Part shown: positions 1-10,214 of the stretch, piece after piece
Layout of the letters: the number at the start of each line of letters is the position of its first letter
Position numbering within the stretch: position 1 is the first letter of the stretch
The notes under the pieces: model-generated
Database searches by the model: none
Told to the model about the DNA's origin: nothing
Seen by the model: only the letters and a program-made list of their open reading frames with translations
Source: Myxococcota bacterium
Lineage (GTDB): Bacteria > Myxococcota_A > UBA9160 > UBA4427
Direction of reading: 5' to 3'
Assembly (NCBI GenBank): GCA_965250285.1
Contig: OZ252299.1
Location: 5,152,001 to 5,216,000, forward strand
DNA: 64,000 nucleotides
Made by a program: the position numbers and the translations under genes

Positions 1-88
1 TTCGACCTGTTTCCGCAGACCCATCACGTGGAAGGGCTCGTGCGGCTCGCGCGCGCATGAGTCGGTGCCGACCTGTGCTCGTGTGGAC

Positions 89-730
89 TCAGGGCTCGAT
101 CAAGCCGTGGCGCAGCGCATAGCGGACCAGCTCGGTGGCCTTCCGCACGCCGAGCTTGCGCATCAGGCTGGTGCGATGGGCCTCGACGGTCTTCGTGCTG
201 ATCTCGAGCTCGACCGCGATCTCCTTTGCTGACAGACCATCAGCAATGAGATGAAGCACCTCTCGCTCGCGCCCCGAGAGCAGGCTGAACGGCTCGGCGT
301 CGGCCTTCTGCGGGGTGCGCAGCTGCTCGACGATCTCTTTCGCGACGACGGGGCTGAAGTAGCTGCCACCGTTCATCACCTCTCGAACGGCCGTTACGAT
401 TTCATCGGCCCGTCCGTTCTTCAGGACGTAGCCATCGGCCCCGAGTGAGATCGCGCTCTGAATGAACGGGGGGTCGCTGTGCACCGACAGCAAGATCGCC
501 TTGACCGTCGGGTACTTGGAGCGAAGCCGCTCGAGGGTCTCGAGACCACCGAGCTTCGGCATGGTGATATCCAGGACGACGGTGTCGGGCTGGTGCTTCT
601 CGACCTGCTCGAGCACCTCGCGTCCATCACTCGCCTCGCCGACGACCTGCAGGTCGGGCTCCGACTCGAGGAGGCGCCGAAGGCCTTCCCGAACGATGCC
701 GTGATCGTCTGCAACGAGGACTGTCACCAT
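89..730 (-). CDS. NarL/FixJ-family response regulator (REC + LuxR HTH)
   Basis: VLVADDH and VVLDITMP receiver motifs; C-terminal LSGREREVLHLIADGLSAKEIA...KTVEAHR LuxR HTH. Confidence 0.95.
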   Translation of the reverse strand: MVTVLVADDHGIVREGLRRLLESEPDLQVVGEASDGREVLEQVEKHQPDTVVLDITMPKLGGLETLERLRSKYPTVKAILLSVHSDPPFIQSAISLGADGYVLKNGRADEIVTAVREVMNGGSYFSPVVAKEIVEQLRTPQKADAEPFSLLSGREREVLHLIADGLSAKEIAVELEISTKTVEAHRTSLMRKLGVRKATELVRYALRHGLIEP

Positions 731-1209
731 GACTTCAGGAGGCTACCGCTCGCCCGAACTCGGGGCAATCGAGTAGGGATGCCTGGGGAAAGCCCGCCCC
801 CTGATCTGGGGGCTCCACGTGACCGCGTGCGCACGTTCGACCCGACGCAGCCTGATGAATTCGCTCGGTCGGCGCGAGCACGCCGTCGCCCGCGGGCAAC
901 GCAGTGCGACATCGGCCGGGCCGGGGCGCCGCCCTCCCCGACGGATGACACCGGGCGTGTCGCCCGGTACGCTCGGCGATGGATCCGGGGCTTCGCCCCA
1001 TCGCCCTTCGACCGTCGCCACGGAAGCGATCGTGCAGCGAACCCCGCCGTGCAGCTCCCAGGCCGAAAGCGCTCGAGCCGCCGTGACGCACCGCGCGTGC
1101 GACGCGATTCGCGCTGGATCCCACCGTGCCACCCCCCCGCGCTCACTCCGTTCGCGTCGCCCCGCGCCTCCGGGCGCGTGGTCCCTTCAACGTTCCAGGG
1201 GAGAACCCG

Positions 1210-1917
1210 ATGTCGGCTGAAATCGCGACCCGTTCGTCTCGCAGCGCACGCAGATCGAGGCGAAGCGCCCGAGGGTCGTCGACCGCGCGCACCGAGAAGG
1301 AGCGCCCAGCAGGCCGGTTCGTCCTCTACGTCGAAGGGCCCCGCGACCGCGATCTCCTGCGGATCTGGGCGCGGCGCGTCTCGCACGGGCTCGCCAAGTC
1401 GCTCGAGAGCTGCGTGGTGATCATGGGGGGGCGCCAGCCCGCCCGCGCCGCCGAGCATTTCGCCCGGGTGCATGGCGATCGCGAGGACGCCACCGGCCTG
1501 ATCGTGCTCGACCGCGACCATCATGACCCCGACGGCGATGACGCACTGCTCGAGCCGCTCGAGCTCTTCACCTGGCCACGCCGCCACATCGAGAGCTACG
1601 TGCTCGTGCCGGCCGCGATCCGCCGGGCGGCGGGGTGCGCGCCGGCCGACGTCCGCGTCGACCGGGTGCTGGCCGAACACCTGTCGGGCGGCGCGGACCG
1701 GGACGCCTACGTCGACGTCGATGCGAAGCGGCTGCTGGCGGCGAAGGGCCCGATCGCGCGCGCGCTCGGGCAGCCCGTCTCGACGGCCGACATCGCCCGC
1801 TGCATGCGAATCGACGAGTTGCACGGCGACGTGATGGACGTGCTCGACCGCGTCGCGTCGGCGCTCGGGCAGCGCGGCTCCGAGCCCGAGATCGTCGTGC
1901 GTTCGCGCACCCCGTAG
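1210..1917 (+). CDS. Stand-alone TOPRIM-domain protein (OLD-nuclease/DUF4435-like)
   Basis: FVLYVEGPRD, IVLDRD and WPRRHIESY match the E, DxD and IE(N/S)Y motifs of OLD-type TOPRIM domains; ATG 1210 follows GGAGA. Confidence 0.6.
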   Translation: MSAEIATRSSRSARRSRRSARGSSTARTEKERPAGRFVLYVEGPRDRDLLRIWARRVSHGLAKSLESCVVIMGGRQPARAAEHFARVHGDREDATGLIVLDRDHHDPDGDDALLEPLELFTWPRRHIESYVLVPAAIRRAAGCAPADVRVDRVLAEHLSGGADRDAYVDVDAKRLLAAKGPIARALGQPVSTADIARCMRIDELHGDVMDVLDRVASALGQRGSEPEIVVRSRTP

Positions 1918-1965
1918 TCGGGGCGGATCGCGCGTCTCGCTCGCTCGCGACACTCGGTCTCGGGT

Positions 1966-2943
1966 CTAGGGGTCGATCGCGTCGTGCACCAGGGGGCGCG
2001 GCATCTCTTCGCCGCGCTGCCGAGCTTCGCGCATCGCCCGCACCAGCTGGAATGCCCGCGGCATGAAGATCACGCCGATCAGCACATGCATCGCCATGAA
2101 GATCACGTTGGTCCACAGCGCATAGGCGTACAGCGCCGCCGGGTCGCCGTACTCGCTGAACAGATTCGCCCACGCGATCTCGCGCGTGCCGAAGTTCGCG
2201 AACGACGGAATCATCAAGGCGACATACAGCACGGGGATGCGGGCGATCAGCGCGACCCAGTCGATGTCGATCCCGAACACGCGTGAGGCGATGCCCTGCA
2301 CGGCCACGTCGAAGATGCCGAAGAGCACGAAGTAGCCGATGTAGGGCCACCAGTCGCGCAGCTTCACTCGGCCCACCAACGCCTCGAGGCCGATCGGCGC
2401 GAGCAGGCGCTGCAGCGCGCCGCGCTTCGATGCCCACAGAGCCAGGCCAAGTGCACCCCACGAAACGATGACGATGAACGTGACGTCGGGGTTGCCGGCC
2501 ACGCCACCCGGCAAGAGGGGCAACGCGATCGTCGCCTGCACGACCAACACCACGAAGTGCGCGATGAACGGGATGAACACGACGGCCACGACCAGCGCCA
2601 GCGGTCGTCCCGTCAGCTGCCAGGTGCCAAAGAAGAACGCGGCATCCGAGAGCGAGTTGTTGATCGAACGAATCAGCTCGGATGCGCCCTTCACCGCCAT
2701 GATCTGACCGACGGGCGCCTGGGCGAGGTACTGCCGGATCACGCGCGCCTGCAGCAGACCCCAGACGAGAAAGAACACGAGCTTGTCGGCGACCACGATC
2801 GCGATGAAGAGCGGAAGGTTCGCCTGCTCGGTGGCCTCGGGGATCTTCTCCCACTCGATCGCGACACCGAACACGTAGTAGAGGGCGGCCCCCGAGATGA
2901 CCCACGGCAGGAGGGTCTGTATGAGCTTCTTCATCGGGGGCAT
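1966..2943 (-). CDS. Lysylphosphatidylglycerol-synthase-TM / flippase-like (UPF0104) membrane protein
   Basis: Multiple hydrophobic segments, IPSFANFGTRE motif; start 2943 or 2934. Confidence 0.65.
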   Translation of the reverse strand: MPPMKKLIQTLLPWVISGAALYYVFGVAIEWEKIPEATEQANLPLFIAIVVADKLVFFLVWGLLQARVIRQYLAQAPVGQIMAVKGASELIRSINNSLSDAAFFFGTWQLTGRPLALVVAVVFIPFIAHFVVLVVQATIALPLLPGGVAGNPDVTFIVIVSWGALGLALWASKRGALQRLLAPIGLEALVGRVKLRDWWPYIGYFVLFGIFDVAVQGIASRVFGIDIDWVALIARIPVLYVALMIPSFANFGTREIAWANLFSEYGDPAALYAYALWTNVIFMAMHVLIGVIFMPRAFQLVRAMREARQRGEEMPRPLVHDAIDP

Positions 2944-3068
2944 GCGGCCGCCGAAGATAACCCCGCCGCCCACTCGGGGGAACGTGCCTCGGCCGGGTTG
3001 TCTCGGACCGCCGCCATGGCTGGGCGAAGAGCGACTGCGCCGCTCCCGGCACTGCTAGGCTGCTCGCC

Positions 3069-3863
3069 ATGCGGGTGCTGGCGCTCGACTTCGATGGCGT
3101 GATCTCGGACAGCGCGGCCGAGGCGTTCCTCGTCAGTCTGAACACGATTCAGGCCCTCGAACCCGTCGAGGTCTGGCGCGAGCTTGCGGCGCGGGTGGGC
3201 TCGATGTCGCGTGTCGAGATTCTGGCCGACCCCATCTATCGGCGGTTTCTCGAGGGCATGCCGCTGGGCAACCGGGCCGAGGATTTCGGCGTCGTGCTGC
3301 GCACGATCGACGCGGGCGAGCTGCTCGAGGATCAGGCCGCCTACGACCGGGCCTGGCAGGCGGCCGGCGCCGAGTTCCGCGACGCCTTCCACGCGCGCTT
3401 CTACACCGAGCGCGCCGCTCTGCGTGCGCGGTCGCCCGAGCGCTGGCTGTCGCTGATGGGGCCGTACCACCCATTCCTCGACGTGCTTCACGATCGGGCC
3501 GGCGACGTGACGCTCGCGATCGCCACGGCCAAGGACCGCACCTCGGTCGACCTCCTGCTCGCCGAGTACGGCGTCGCGGGGCTCTTCGAGCCCGAGCTGA
3601 TCCTCGACAAGGAGGCCGGGCCCGACAAACGCGCCCACGTCGGAGCGCTCGCCGAGCGGTTGGGTCTCCCATTCGAAGCCATCACCTTCGTCGATGACAA
3701 GGTGAATCACCTCGACACGGTGAGCCGGCTCGGCGCGCGCTGCGCGCTGGCCGGCTGGGGCTACAACGGCGAGCGCGAGCGGGCGCTGGCCGAGTCGCGC
3801 GGCTACGACGTGCTCGATCTCGAGCGGGTCGCGTCGCAGCTCTTCGAAGCGCGCTCGGCCTGA
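3069..3863 (+). CDS. HAD-superfamily hydrolase
   Basis: N-terminal LDFDGVISDS (motif I), IATAK (motif II), FVDD (motif IV), GWGYN. Confidence 0.9.
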   Translation: MRVLALDFDGVISDSAAEAFLVSLNTIQALEPVEVWRELAARVGSMSRVEILADPIYRRFLEGMPLGNRAEDFGVVLRTIDAGELLEDQAAYDRAWQAAGAEFRDAFHARFYTERAALRARSPERWLSLMGPYHPFLDVLHDRAGDVTLAIATAKDRTSVDLLLAEYGVAGLFEPELILDKEAGPDKRAHVGALAERLGLPFEAITFVDDKVNHLDTVSRLGARCALAGWGYNGERERALAESRGYDVLDLERVASQLFEARSA

Positions 3864-4084
3864 AGCGTACCCGCGGGCCGCGCCCGGGCTGCATTCAGCG
3901 AGAATCGCCCCGCCTGCGGCGGGTCGGCCCGGCGGGTCGTCCCGATTTGAGTCGCTGGGCCTTTCGGCCTACTCTCGGACCGTTCCCCCCATCACGCCCT
4001 GGGCGCGCACGATCGCCCGGCCGGACGTCCACGCGCCGATTGGCGCGCGGGCGGGTCTGCGCAGGGGCGACCGTGAGGTCTGCG

Positions 4085-4642
4085 GTGGATTCCGAGCTGC
4101 GGATGCATGCCGAGCGCACGCCCAACCCCAACAGCATCAAGTGGGTGATGAATCGTTCGCTCGCGACCGAGCACGGCGGCGTGCACTTCGACGCGGCCGT
4201 GGCCGACGACGTCTCGCCGCTCGCAGCCGGGCTCTTCGGCGTCGACGCGGTCGAAGGCGTATTCCTCGGCCCCGACTTCGTCACGGTCAGCAAGCAGCCC
4301 GAAGCGGAGTGGACCGATCTGGCGCCGCCGATCGTCGCCGCGCTCAAGGCCTGGGCCGCGACGGGCGCTTCGGCGCTCGGCCCCGGCTGGAAGCCCCCCG
4401 AGCGGGCCGAAGACGACGAGGTCGTCACCCGCATTCGAGAGATCCTCGACAAGGAAGTGCAGCCGTATGTCGAGCGCGACGGCGGTGAGGTCGTCTTCAT
4501 CGGCTTTTCGGACGGCGAGGTGCGCGTGAGCCTGCGCGGCGCTTGTGCCGGCTGCCCGAGCTCGACCATCACGTTGAAGCTCGCGATCGAAGGGCGCCTG
4601 AAAGAGGCGATCCCCGAGGTCGAGTCGGTGGTCTCCGTCTAG
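4085..4642 (+). CDS. NifU/NfuA-family Fe-S cluster carrier (Nfu_N + NifU-C)
   Basis: ERTPNPNSIK Nfu_N start; DGGEV...GACAGCPSS CxxC motif; GTG 4085 follows GAGGT. Confidence 0.9.
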   Translation: MDSELRMHAERTPNPNSIKWVMNRSLATEHGGVHFDAAVADDVSPLAAGLFGVDAVEGVFLGPDFVTVSKQPEAEWTDLAPPIVAALKAWAATGASALGPGWKPPERAEDDEVVTRIREILDKEVQPYVERDGGEVVFIGFSDGEVRVSLRGACAGCPSSTITLKLAIEGRLKEAIPEVESVVSV

Positions 4643-4836
4643 TCGCTCGTCGAGAGGTCGAGACGAGAGGTCGAGAGAAGAGGCGGGTTCGGGCCGGATC
4701 GAGGGCCATCGTTCGAGATCAGGGTCGTGCGCTGCGATGGGTGCGCCGACCGACGGGAGCAGGAGCGGGCGTGTCGTTCGGGGGGATCCAGAAGCGCCGT
4801 CGACCGGGACGGAATCGTCGTCGATCGCGACGCCGC

Positions 4837-6261
4837 ATGAGCGTGCGCGGGCGGCTGACGCTCGCCGCGCTTGCGCTCGTCGCGGCGGGGCTGCTCGGCT
4901 TCGGTGCGGCGCGGTGGATGGCGGGCCCCTTCACGGCGCCGTCGCTCGGCGAGTCCGGGCACGCGGCTCAGCCGGCGTCGGGAGCCGATTCGCTTCCGGC
5001 CGTATCGCTCGGGATGCCCGCCCGCCCCTCCCCCGAGGCGCCCCCCGCGCTGCTCGCCCGCCTGCCGGTCGATCGCGCGAGCTATGGCTCGACCCTCGTG
5101 CCCGCCGCCGACCGCGATCCCGCGACCCCGCCGCGCTTCTTCGAGCTGGTCGAGGCCGACGACGTCGCCGCCAACGTCGCGGCGCCGGTGCGTGTCGAGT
5201 ACACGTTCGACGCCGCCCTCACCGAAGACGTGATTCGCGTACTGCGCCGGGCCCGCGCCCAGCGCGGTCACGTGATCGTCCTCGACCCGCGATCGGGGCG
5301 CGTGCTCGCGTACGTGTCGACCGATGCCGAGGCGTTTCCGCCGACGCGGCCGTATCCCGCGGCGAGCCTGGTGAAGGTCGTCACGGCGGCGGCTGCGCTC
5401 GACCTGTCCCCCGAGCGCGCGCGCGAGCCCTGCCTGTACCGCGGCAACCCCTACCGACTCTCGCGGTCGCGCGTGCGCCGGCCGAGCCATGGCCACTCGT
5501 CGTCGCTCGAGCGCGCCCTCGCGCTGTCGAACAACCAGTGCTTCGCGCAGCTGACGGTCGAGGCCGTCGGTGAAGATGCGCTGCTCGACGCCATCGATCG
5601 CTTCGGCTGGACGAGCGAGCCCGCCCCTGGCCATCAGCCCGGGGTCGTGCATCGTGGTGAAGGCGACTACGACCTCGGGCGACTGGGCTGCGGTCTCGCG
5701 GGCTGCCGCATCACGCCCATGCACGCAGGGCAGCTCGCGGGGATCCTCGCCCACGGTCTCAAGGTCGAGCCGTGGTGGATCGATCGCGTCGTCGACGGGC
5801 AAGGTCGCGCCCTCACCCTGCCTCCTCCGGCTGCGCCCAAACGCGTCATGAGTGACGAGATCGCGCGAGAGCTGCGCGAAATGCTCGTGCTCACGACGAC
5901 ACGCGGGACCGCCAAGAGCGCGTTCCGCGATCGGCGGGGTCGCTCGAAGCTCGGCTCGGTGAGTGTCGCGGGCAAGACGGGCAACCTCTCCGGGAGTGAC
6001 CCCAAGGGTCGCTACGAGTGGTTCATGGGCGTCGCGCCCGCCGAGTCGCCGACGATTGCGATCGCGGTTCTGCAAGCCCAGGGCCATCTGTGGTGGGCGA
6101 AGTCGTCGGAGATCGCTGCGGATGTGCTCGAAGACGTCTTCTGCGAGCGCGGACAGTGTGCGGCCGAGCTCGCCGATCGCTTCACCGGCGATCTGCACGG
6201 TGCGGCGACGCCGGTGTTTCTCTCTGAAGCGATGCGCGAAGAGACGACGCACACGAACTGA
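4837..6261 (+). CDS. Penicillin-binding transpeptidase domain protein
   Basis: N-terminal TM anchor; SxxK (ASLVK), SxN (SNN) and KTG motifs. Confidence 0.9.
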   Translation: MSVRGRLTLAALALVAAGLLGFGAARWMAGPFTAPSLGESGHAAQPASGADSLPAVSLGMPARPSPEAPPALLARLPVDRASYGSTLVPAADRDPATPPRFFELVEADDVAANVAAPVRVEYTFDAALTEDVIRVLRRARAQRGHVIVLDPRSGRVLAYVSTDAEAFPPTRPYPAASLVKVVTAAAALDLSPERAREPCLYRGNPYRLSRSRVRRPSHGHSSSLERALALSNNQCFAQLTVEAVGEDALLDAIDRFGWTSEPAPGHQPGVVHRGEGDYDLGRLGCGLAGCRITPMHAGQLAGILAHGLKVEPWWIDRVVDGQGRALTLPPPAAPKRVMSDEIARELREMLVLTTTRGTAKSAFRDRRGRSKLGSVSVAGKTGNLSGSDPKGRYEWFMGVAPAESPTIAIAVLQAQGHLWWAKSSEIAADVLEDVFCERGQCAAELADRFTGDLHGAATPVFLSEAMREETTHTN

Positions 6262-6564
6262 GCGCCGCTCATCGATCGAACGCCCGATTCGTCGTTCGAG
6301 CGGTGTGCTTCGGTCCGGCGGGGTGAACCCCGGCGAAGCCCACGTGGGTCGTCGCGCGCCACGTCGCTTCGCGAAGGACGCCCCTCGTTTCGACTGGTGC
6401 GAAACACCTCACTCGGTGAATCACGGACACACGAACGTGTGGGTGTGTCGCCGCGGCTCGCCTATGCCATCATCTCGCTTGGAGCGAACGTCTCAAGACG
6501 TGTGTTCCGAACCCGTGTCGAGCGCGCCTTCGGGCGACTCGTCTCGCGAGAGGAGGAGGGGGCC

Positions 6565-6792
6565 TTGAGCGAACGCGCAACGAGCATTGGCTTGTCCGAA
6601 CCATCGACGGCTTCGATCTCGACGATCGCCGGATCGAATCGCCCCGGAGCGGCGGGCCACCGGTTCGGCCCCGACCTCAGCTGCATCGAATGCGGCAAGA
6701 CCTGGGATATGCACCAGATCGAGCCGACCGTCTGTACGCCGGCGCCCGAGCACGCTGCGGGCTACACGACGCGACTCGACGATTCGCGCTAG
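6565..6792 (+). CDS. Small hypothetical protein with His/Cys (putative Zn-binding) motif
   Basis: TTG start after strong AGGAGGAGG RBS; GHRFGPDLSCIECGKTWDMHQIEPTVC. Confidence 0.5.
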   Translation: MSERATSIGLSEPSTASISTIAGSNRPGAAGHRFGPDLSCIECGKTWDMHQIEPTVCTPAPEHAAGYTTRLDDSR

Positions 6793-6996
6793 CGATTCGA
6801 CCCTGACGCAACATGCGACACCGATCCGTGTCGCTCGATGAGTGACGACGGACGACGGACGTGGGTCGTGCGACGGGGAGACCGTTGCGCGTGTGCCCAG
6901 AGCGCAGGCGCACGGCACCGTCTCGCACTGCAGGCTTCCTGCGTGCGAATCGAAACGCGATGCGGTTGGACGAGTGCGTCGAAGCGGAGTGCGTGC

Positions 6997-7371
6997 CTAG
7001 CCGCTGATGATCTTGTTATCGGGCGGCATCTGGTTCGCGACCACGATGCGGTTCTGTTCCTGGCGCTGCATCTCGCGCGCCTGCTCGATCATCTGCTCGA
7101 CCGCTTCGTTCACGGCCGAGGGAAACTTCTCGAGCGCAGCTTCGATGCTCGTGGCTTCGATGTTCGCCTGCACCGGGAGCGGGCCGCGCGCCGACATCAA
7201 CGTCGTTTCGGCGACGAACTTGACCGGGCGATCGGGGTCATCGCTGCCGTCGACCTTGATCGGCGTGAGGCGCCGGATCGAGGCGACCTTGAGATCCGTG
7301 AAGATCTCCTCGCGGTAGAGGTTGTCCTTGTCGACCTTCAGATCTGCGAGGGCCTGCTGCGGGTCGCTCAC
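6997..7371 (-). CDS. Conserved hypothetical cytoplasmic protein
   Basis: Protein-like composition (NLYREEIFTDLKVASIRRLTP...GPLPV); GTG start with AGGAG RBS. Confidence 0.75.
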   Translation of the reverse strand: MSDPQQALADLKVDKDNLYREEIFTDLKVASIRRLTPIKVDGSDDPDRPVKFVAETTLMSARGPLPVQANIEATSIEAALEKFPSAVNEAVEQMIEQAREMQRQEQNRIVVANQMPPDNKIISG

Positions 7372-7511
7372 GGTGGATCTCCTGAACGGGGTGGGGGACG
7401 CGAATCGCCCATGTTCGCAGGTTCGGGTGTGTTTTCAAATCGGGCCGGATCGCCACGTGCGGGATCTGCGTCGACGCCACGGCGCCGATCCGCGAGCCCT
7501 CGGGGGCCGAA

Positions 7512-8771
7512 TCAGTCGGTGGGGCCGTTCCGTTTGCCCACGTGCTCGAGCACCTCGCCGACCACCGCACCGAGCCCGAGCGCCTCGCCTTCGCGCACCG
7601 ACTCGAGGTCGGGCAGGCACGCGACCAGCTTGTCGAGCTCGACGCTTGCGTGGGGCGTCAGGTCTTCGAATCGCAGGGCCAGTCCGTGCTCGCCATCGTC
7701 GCGGCTCACCGTCGCCTCGACGACGAGCGGCTCGGGCGAGTCGGCCCCGTAGAGTGCGAGTCGAAAACGATCGCCGAGCGTGACGTCTGCGTGGGGCTCG
7801 ACGCGCATGCCGCGGGTGGAGAGATCTCGGCCGATCAGCATGCGACGGACGTCGTCGTTGCGCGCGACCACCGGCACGGCGAAGCTGCCGCGCACGTCGC
7901 CACGCCGTTCGTCGTCGGCCTGGCCCGCGAGCTCGACCTGGGCCGCGATGCGCACCGCGGGATCGGTCTCGTCGTCGAGGACGAGTCCCGGAATCTCGGG
8001 GCTTTCGCAGGCCGGCACCGAAGGGCCACCGGTCTCGGCGAGACTGGCCGGTCCGATCGACCAGCGATTGATCAGGACGCCGAGCCGCATCCGCTCCTCT
8101 TCGCCGACCGGGGCGAAGACGACGGCGCTCATGTGCGAGAGATCGTCGGTGCCCTCACCTTCGGCGCGACCCGTGCGGGCGACGTGGCCGGGCATGACGA
8201 GCGGCGCTTCGTGGCCGTCGCGGTCGGGGATGCGCACATCGAGCCGTTCGCCCGGCTCGAAGGCCGCCGAGCTCATCAGGCGACAGCCGCGATTCGAGAC
8301 GTCCATCAGCATCACGGCCGGGCCGCCTTCACGGACGGACGTCTTCGAGCCGACGGCCACGCGCACGTCTTCGCGACGCTCGCTGCCGGCGTAGAGCGCG
8401 TGCCCGGCGAGCAGCTGCCAGACGACGTCATGCACCGGCAGCTGCACCACGAGGTGAAAGCCCGTGCGTCGCAGCAGGCGCCGGGTCGACGTCTTGGGAT
8501 CGTCGACCGCGATGATGCGGATCGGTCGGCCATGGGGTGCGTCGGGCGGGCTCCCGCGCCGCACCGCGCCGGCGCGCTGGGGCGTGGTGATGAGCAGGCC
8601 CTTCGGCGGCGCGAGGGTGCCGTTGGGGCGCGGCCCCTGCTCGCGCCGGTGCGTCAGCCCCAGGGCGTCGAGCTGCCGCGAGAGCTCGGTGAGCTCGCCG
8701 TCGTCGACCAGCAGGATCTCGGGCTTCGGCTCGTCGGGTCGTTCGGTGTCGCGCTTCGCTTCCGGCGCCAT
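7512..8771 (-). CDS. Tandem PilZ-domain protein with degenerate receiver-like N-terminus
   Basis: Two RxxxR + DxSxxG pairs (ERREDVR/DVSNRG; ERRGDVR/DLSTRG); N-terminal ILLVDD. Confidence 0.85.
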   Translation of the reverse strand: MAPEAKRDTERPDEPKPEILLVDDGELTELSRQLDALGLTHRREQGPRPNGTLAPPKGLLITTPQRAGAVRRGSPPDAPHGRPIRIIAVDDPKTSTRRLLRRTGFHLVVQLPVHDVVWQLLAGHALYAGSERREDVRVAVGSKTSVREGGPAVMLMDVSNRGCRLMSSAAFEPGERLDVRIPDRDGHEAPLVMPGHVARTGRAEGEGTDDLSHMSAVVFAPVGEEERMRLGVLINRWSIGPASLAETGGPSVPACESPEIPGLVLDDETDPAVRIAAQVELAGQADDERRGDVRGSFAVPVVARNDDVRRMLIGRDLSTRGMRVEPHADVTLGDRFRLALYGADSPEPLVVEATVSRDDGEHGLALRFEDLTPHASVELDKLVACLPDLESVREGEALGLGAVVGEVLEHVGKRNGPTD

Positions 8772-8890
8772 GCGATCTCCGCGGAGGGATTCGAGTCCGA
8801 GCGGCGGGGGTTCATCTTCATTCGACGTCTGAGCCCGGTCTCTGAAGCGAATTCGGCCAGATCGGCCCAAGTGAGGGCGAAAGCAACCAG

Positions 8891-9559
8891 TCAGGGGATC
8901 GGCGCGCCGGCACTCGGCCAGATCAGCCAGAGGGCGATCGCGTTGTGTGCCGCATGGGCGAGGATCGCCTCGCGGACGCGCCCCGTCGCGAGGGCGAGCG
9001 CGGCAAGCGCAGCCCCGAAGAGACCGGCGGCGACCGGGTGGCTCGGGTGGCACACGGCAAAGGCGAGCGCCGACGCCAGCGCGGCTGCGACGGGCCCCGC
9101 ACGCTCGCGAAGCACCTGCAGCCCGGCGCCTCGAAAGAACGCTTCTTCGCCGACGGCGGGTGCGATCACGAAGGCGAGCCCCGAGAGCCACACGGGCCAG
9201 CCGCCCAAGGCCGCGACGAGTGCGACGTCTTGAGCCGATCCCGCGGCGCGGCGCAGCAGCAGGCCCACGCCGACAACGGTCAGCGTGGCGAGGATCGCGC
9301 GCGCGCCGCTGCCGGCCGGAGTCGCGAAGCGGGGGCGCGCCGGCGATCGCGCCAAGGCAGCGGCGCCGCCCCACGCGAGCCAACCCGCCCCGTGCAGGAG
9401 GGGCCGCGTGGCCGCCTCGGGGACGGCGGCCCCGAAAACGGCGAGGCCGTGCAGCAGCGCGCCCACCATCGCGAGCTTGATCGCGGCGCCCGCCACGAGG
9501 GGACGCCCGTTGGATCGGTTCGGCTCGGTTTCACGGTTCGGCGGGGTCGGCGTGTCCAC
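8891..9559 (-). CDS. CPBP-family (CAAX/Abi) intramembrane metalloprotease
   Basis: EExxFRG (GEEAFFRG), FAVCH and HAAHN motifs; start uncertain. Confidence 0.8.
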   Translation of the reverse strand: MDTPTPPNRETEPNRSNGRPLVAGAAIKLAMVGALLHGLAVFGAAVPEAATRPLLHGAGWLAWGGAAALARSPARPRFATPAGSGARAILATLTVVGVGLLLRRAAGSAQDVALVAALGGWPVWLSGLAFVIAPAVGEEAFFRGAGLQVLRERAGPVAAALASALAFAVCHPSHPVAAGLFGAALAALALATGRVREAILAHAAHNAIALWLIWPSAGAPIP

Positions 9560-9647
9560 ATTCTCGTTCTTGGCCGGTGCCGGCCCGTCGACCCGCACGG
9601 GCGCACCGTCGCCGGTGTGTTGGGGCGATGTTGCTACGCTCGCCCGC

Positions 9648-10214
9648 GTGGAGAACGTCGGACTCTCCGGATCCCTGCTCGTCGCGATGCCGCAGCTCCT
9701 CGACCCGAACTTCGAGCGGGCCGTGGTGCTGATGGTGCACCACGACGAAGAATCGAGCTTCGGTCTCGTCGTGAATCGGGAGAGCGATCTCGCGGCCTCC
9801 GAGCTCGTGTCGAGCCTCGATCTCGAGTGGCGCGGGCCGGCGGATGCCTGCGTGTCGTGGGGCGGCCCCGTCGAGCTCACCAGCGGGTGGATGCTCTTCG
9901 GCGATGACGTGCACCTCGACCCGCCCGATCCCGAGCACGTGACGACGATCGGCAAGGGCATGCACTTCACGGCCTCGCTCGAGGTCTTCGGCCTCGTCTC
10001 CGCGCGGCCCCCCTCCGACATTCGGCTCTTTCTGGGGTATTCCGGCTGGGGGCCCGGGCAGCTCGAGGACGAGATCGCGCAAGGGGCCTGGCTGTCGGCA
10101 CCCGCGCGCGCAGCGACGATCTTCGACGTCGAATCGGACGACATGTGGGATCACGTCGTCCGCGAGCTCGGTGTCGATCCGGGCACGCTCGTATCGACGA
10201 GCGGCGTGCACTGA
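9648..10214 (+). CDS. YqgE/AlgH-family protein
   Basis: LLVAMPQLLDPNFERAVV, WGGPV, LGYSGWGPGQLEDEI. Confidence 0.92.
   Translation: MENVGLSGSLLVAMPQLLDPNFERAVVLMVHHDEESSFGLVVNRESDLAASELVSSLDLEWRGPADACVSWGGPVELTSGWMLFGDDVHLDPPDPEHVTTIGKGMHFTASLEVFGLVSARPPSDIRLFLGYSGWGPGQLEDEIAQGAWLSAPARAATIFDVESDDMWDHVVRELGVDPGTLVSTSGVH

Noticed and set aside
731..1209. ORFs 735-1124, 743-1132 and 819-1220 in the gap between the regulator and the TOPRIM gene
   Set aside because: Low-complexity Arg/Pro/Ala translations with no RBS or motif; more likely a divergent promoter region.
4651..4676. 13-bp tandem repeat CGAGAGGTCGAGA x2
   Set aside because: Only two copies in an intergenic gap, with no functional context.
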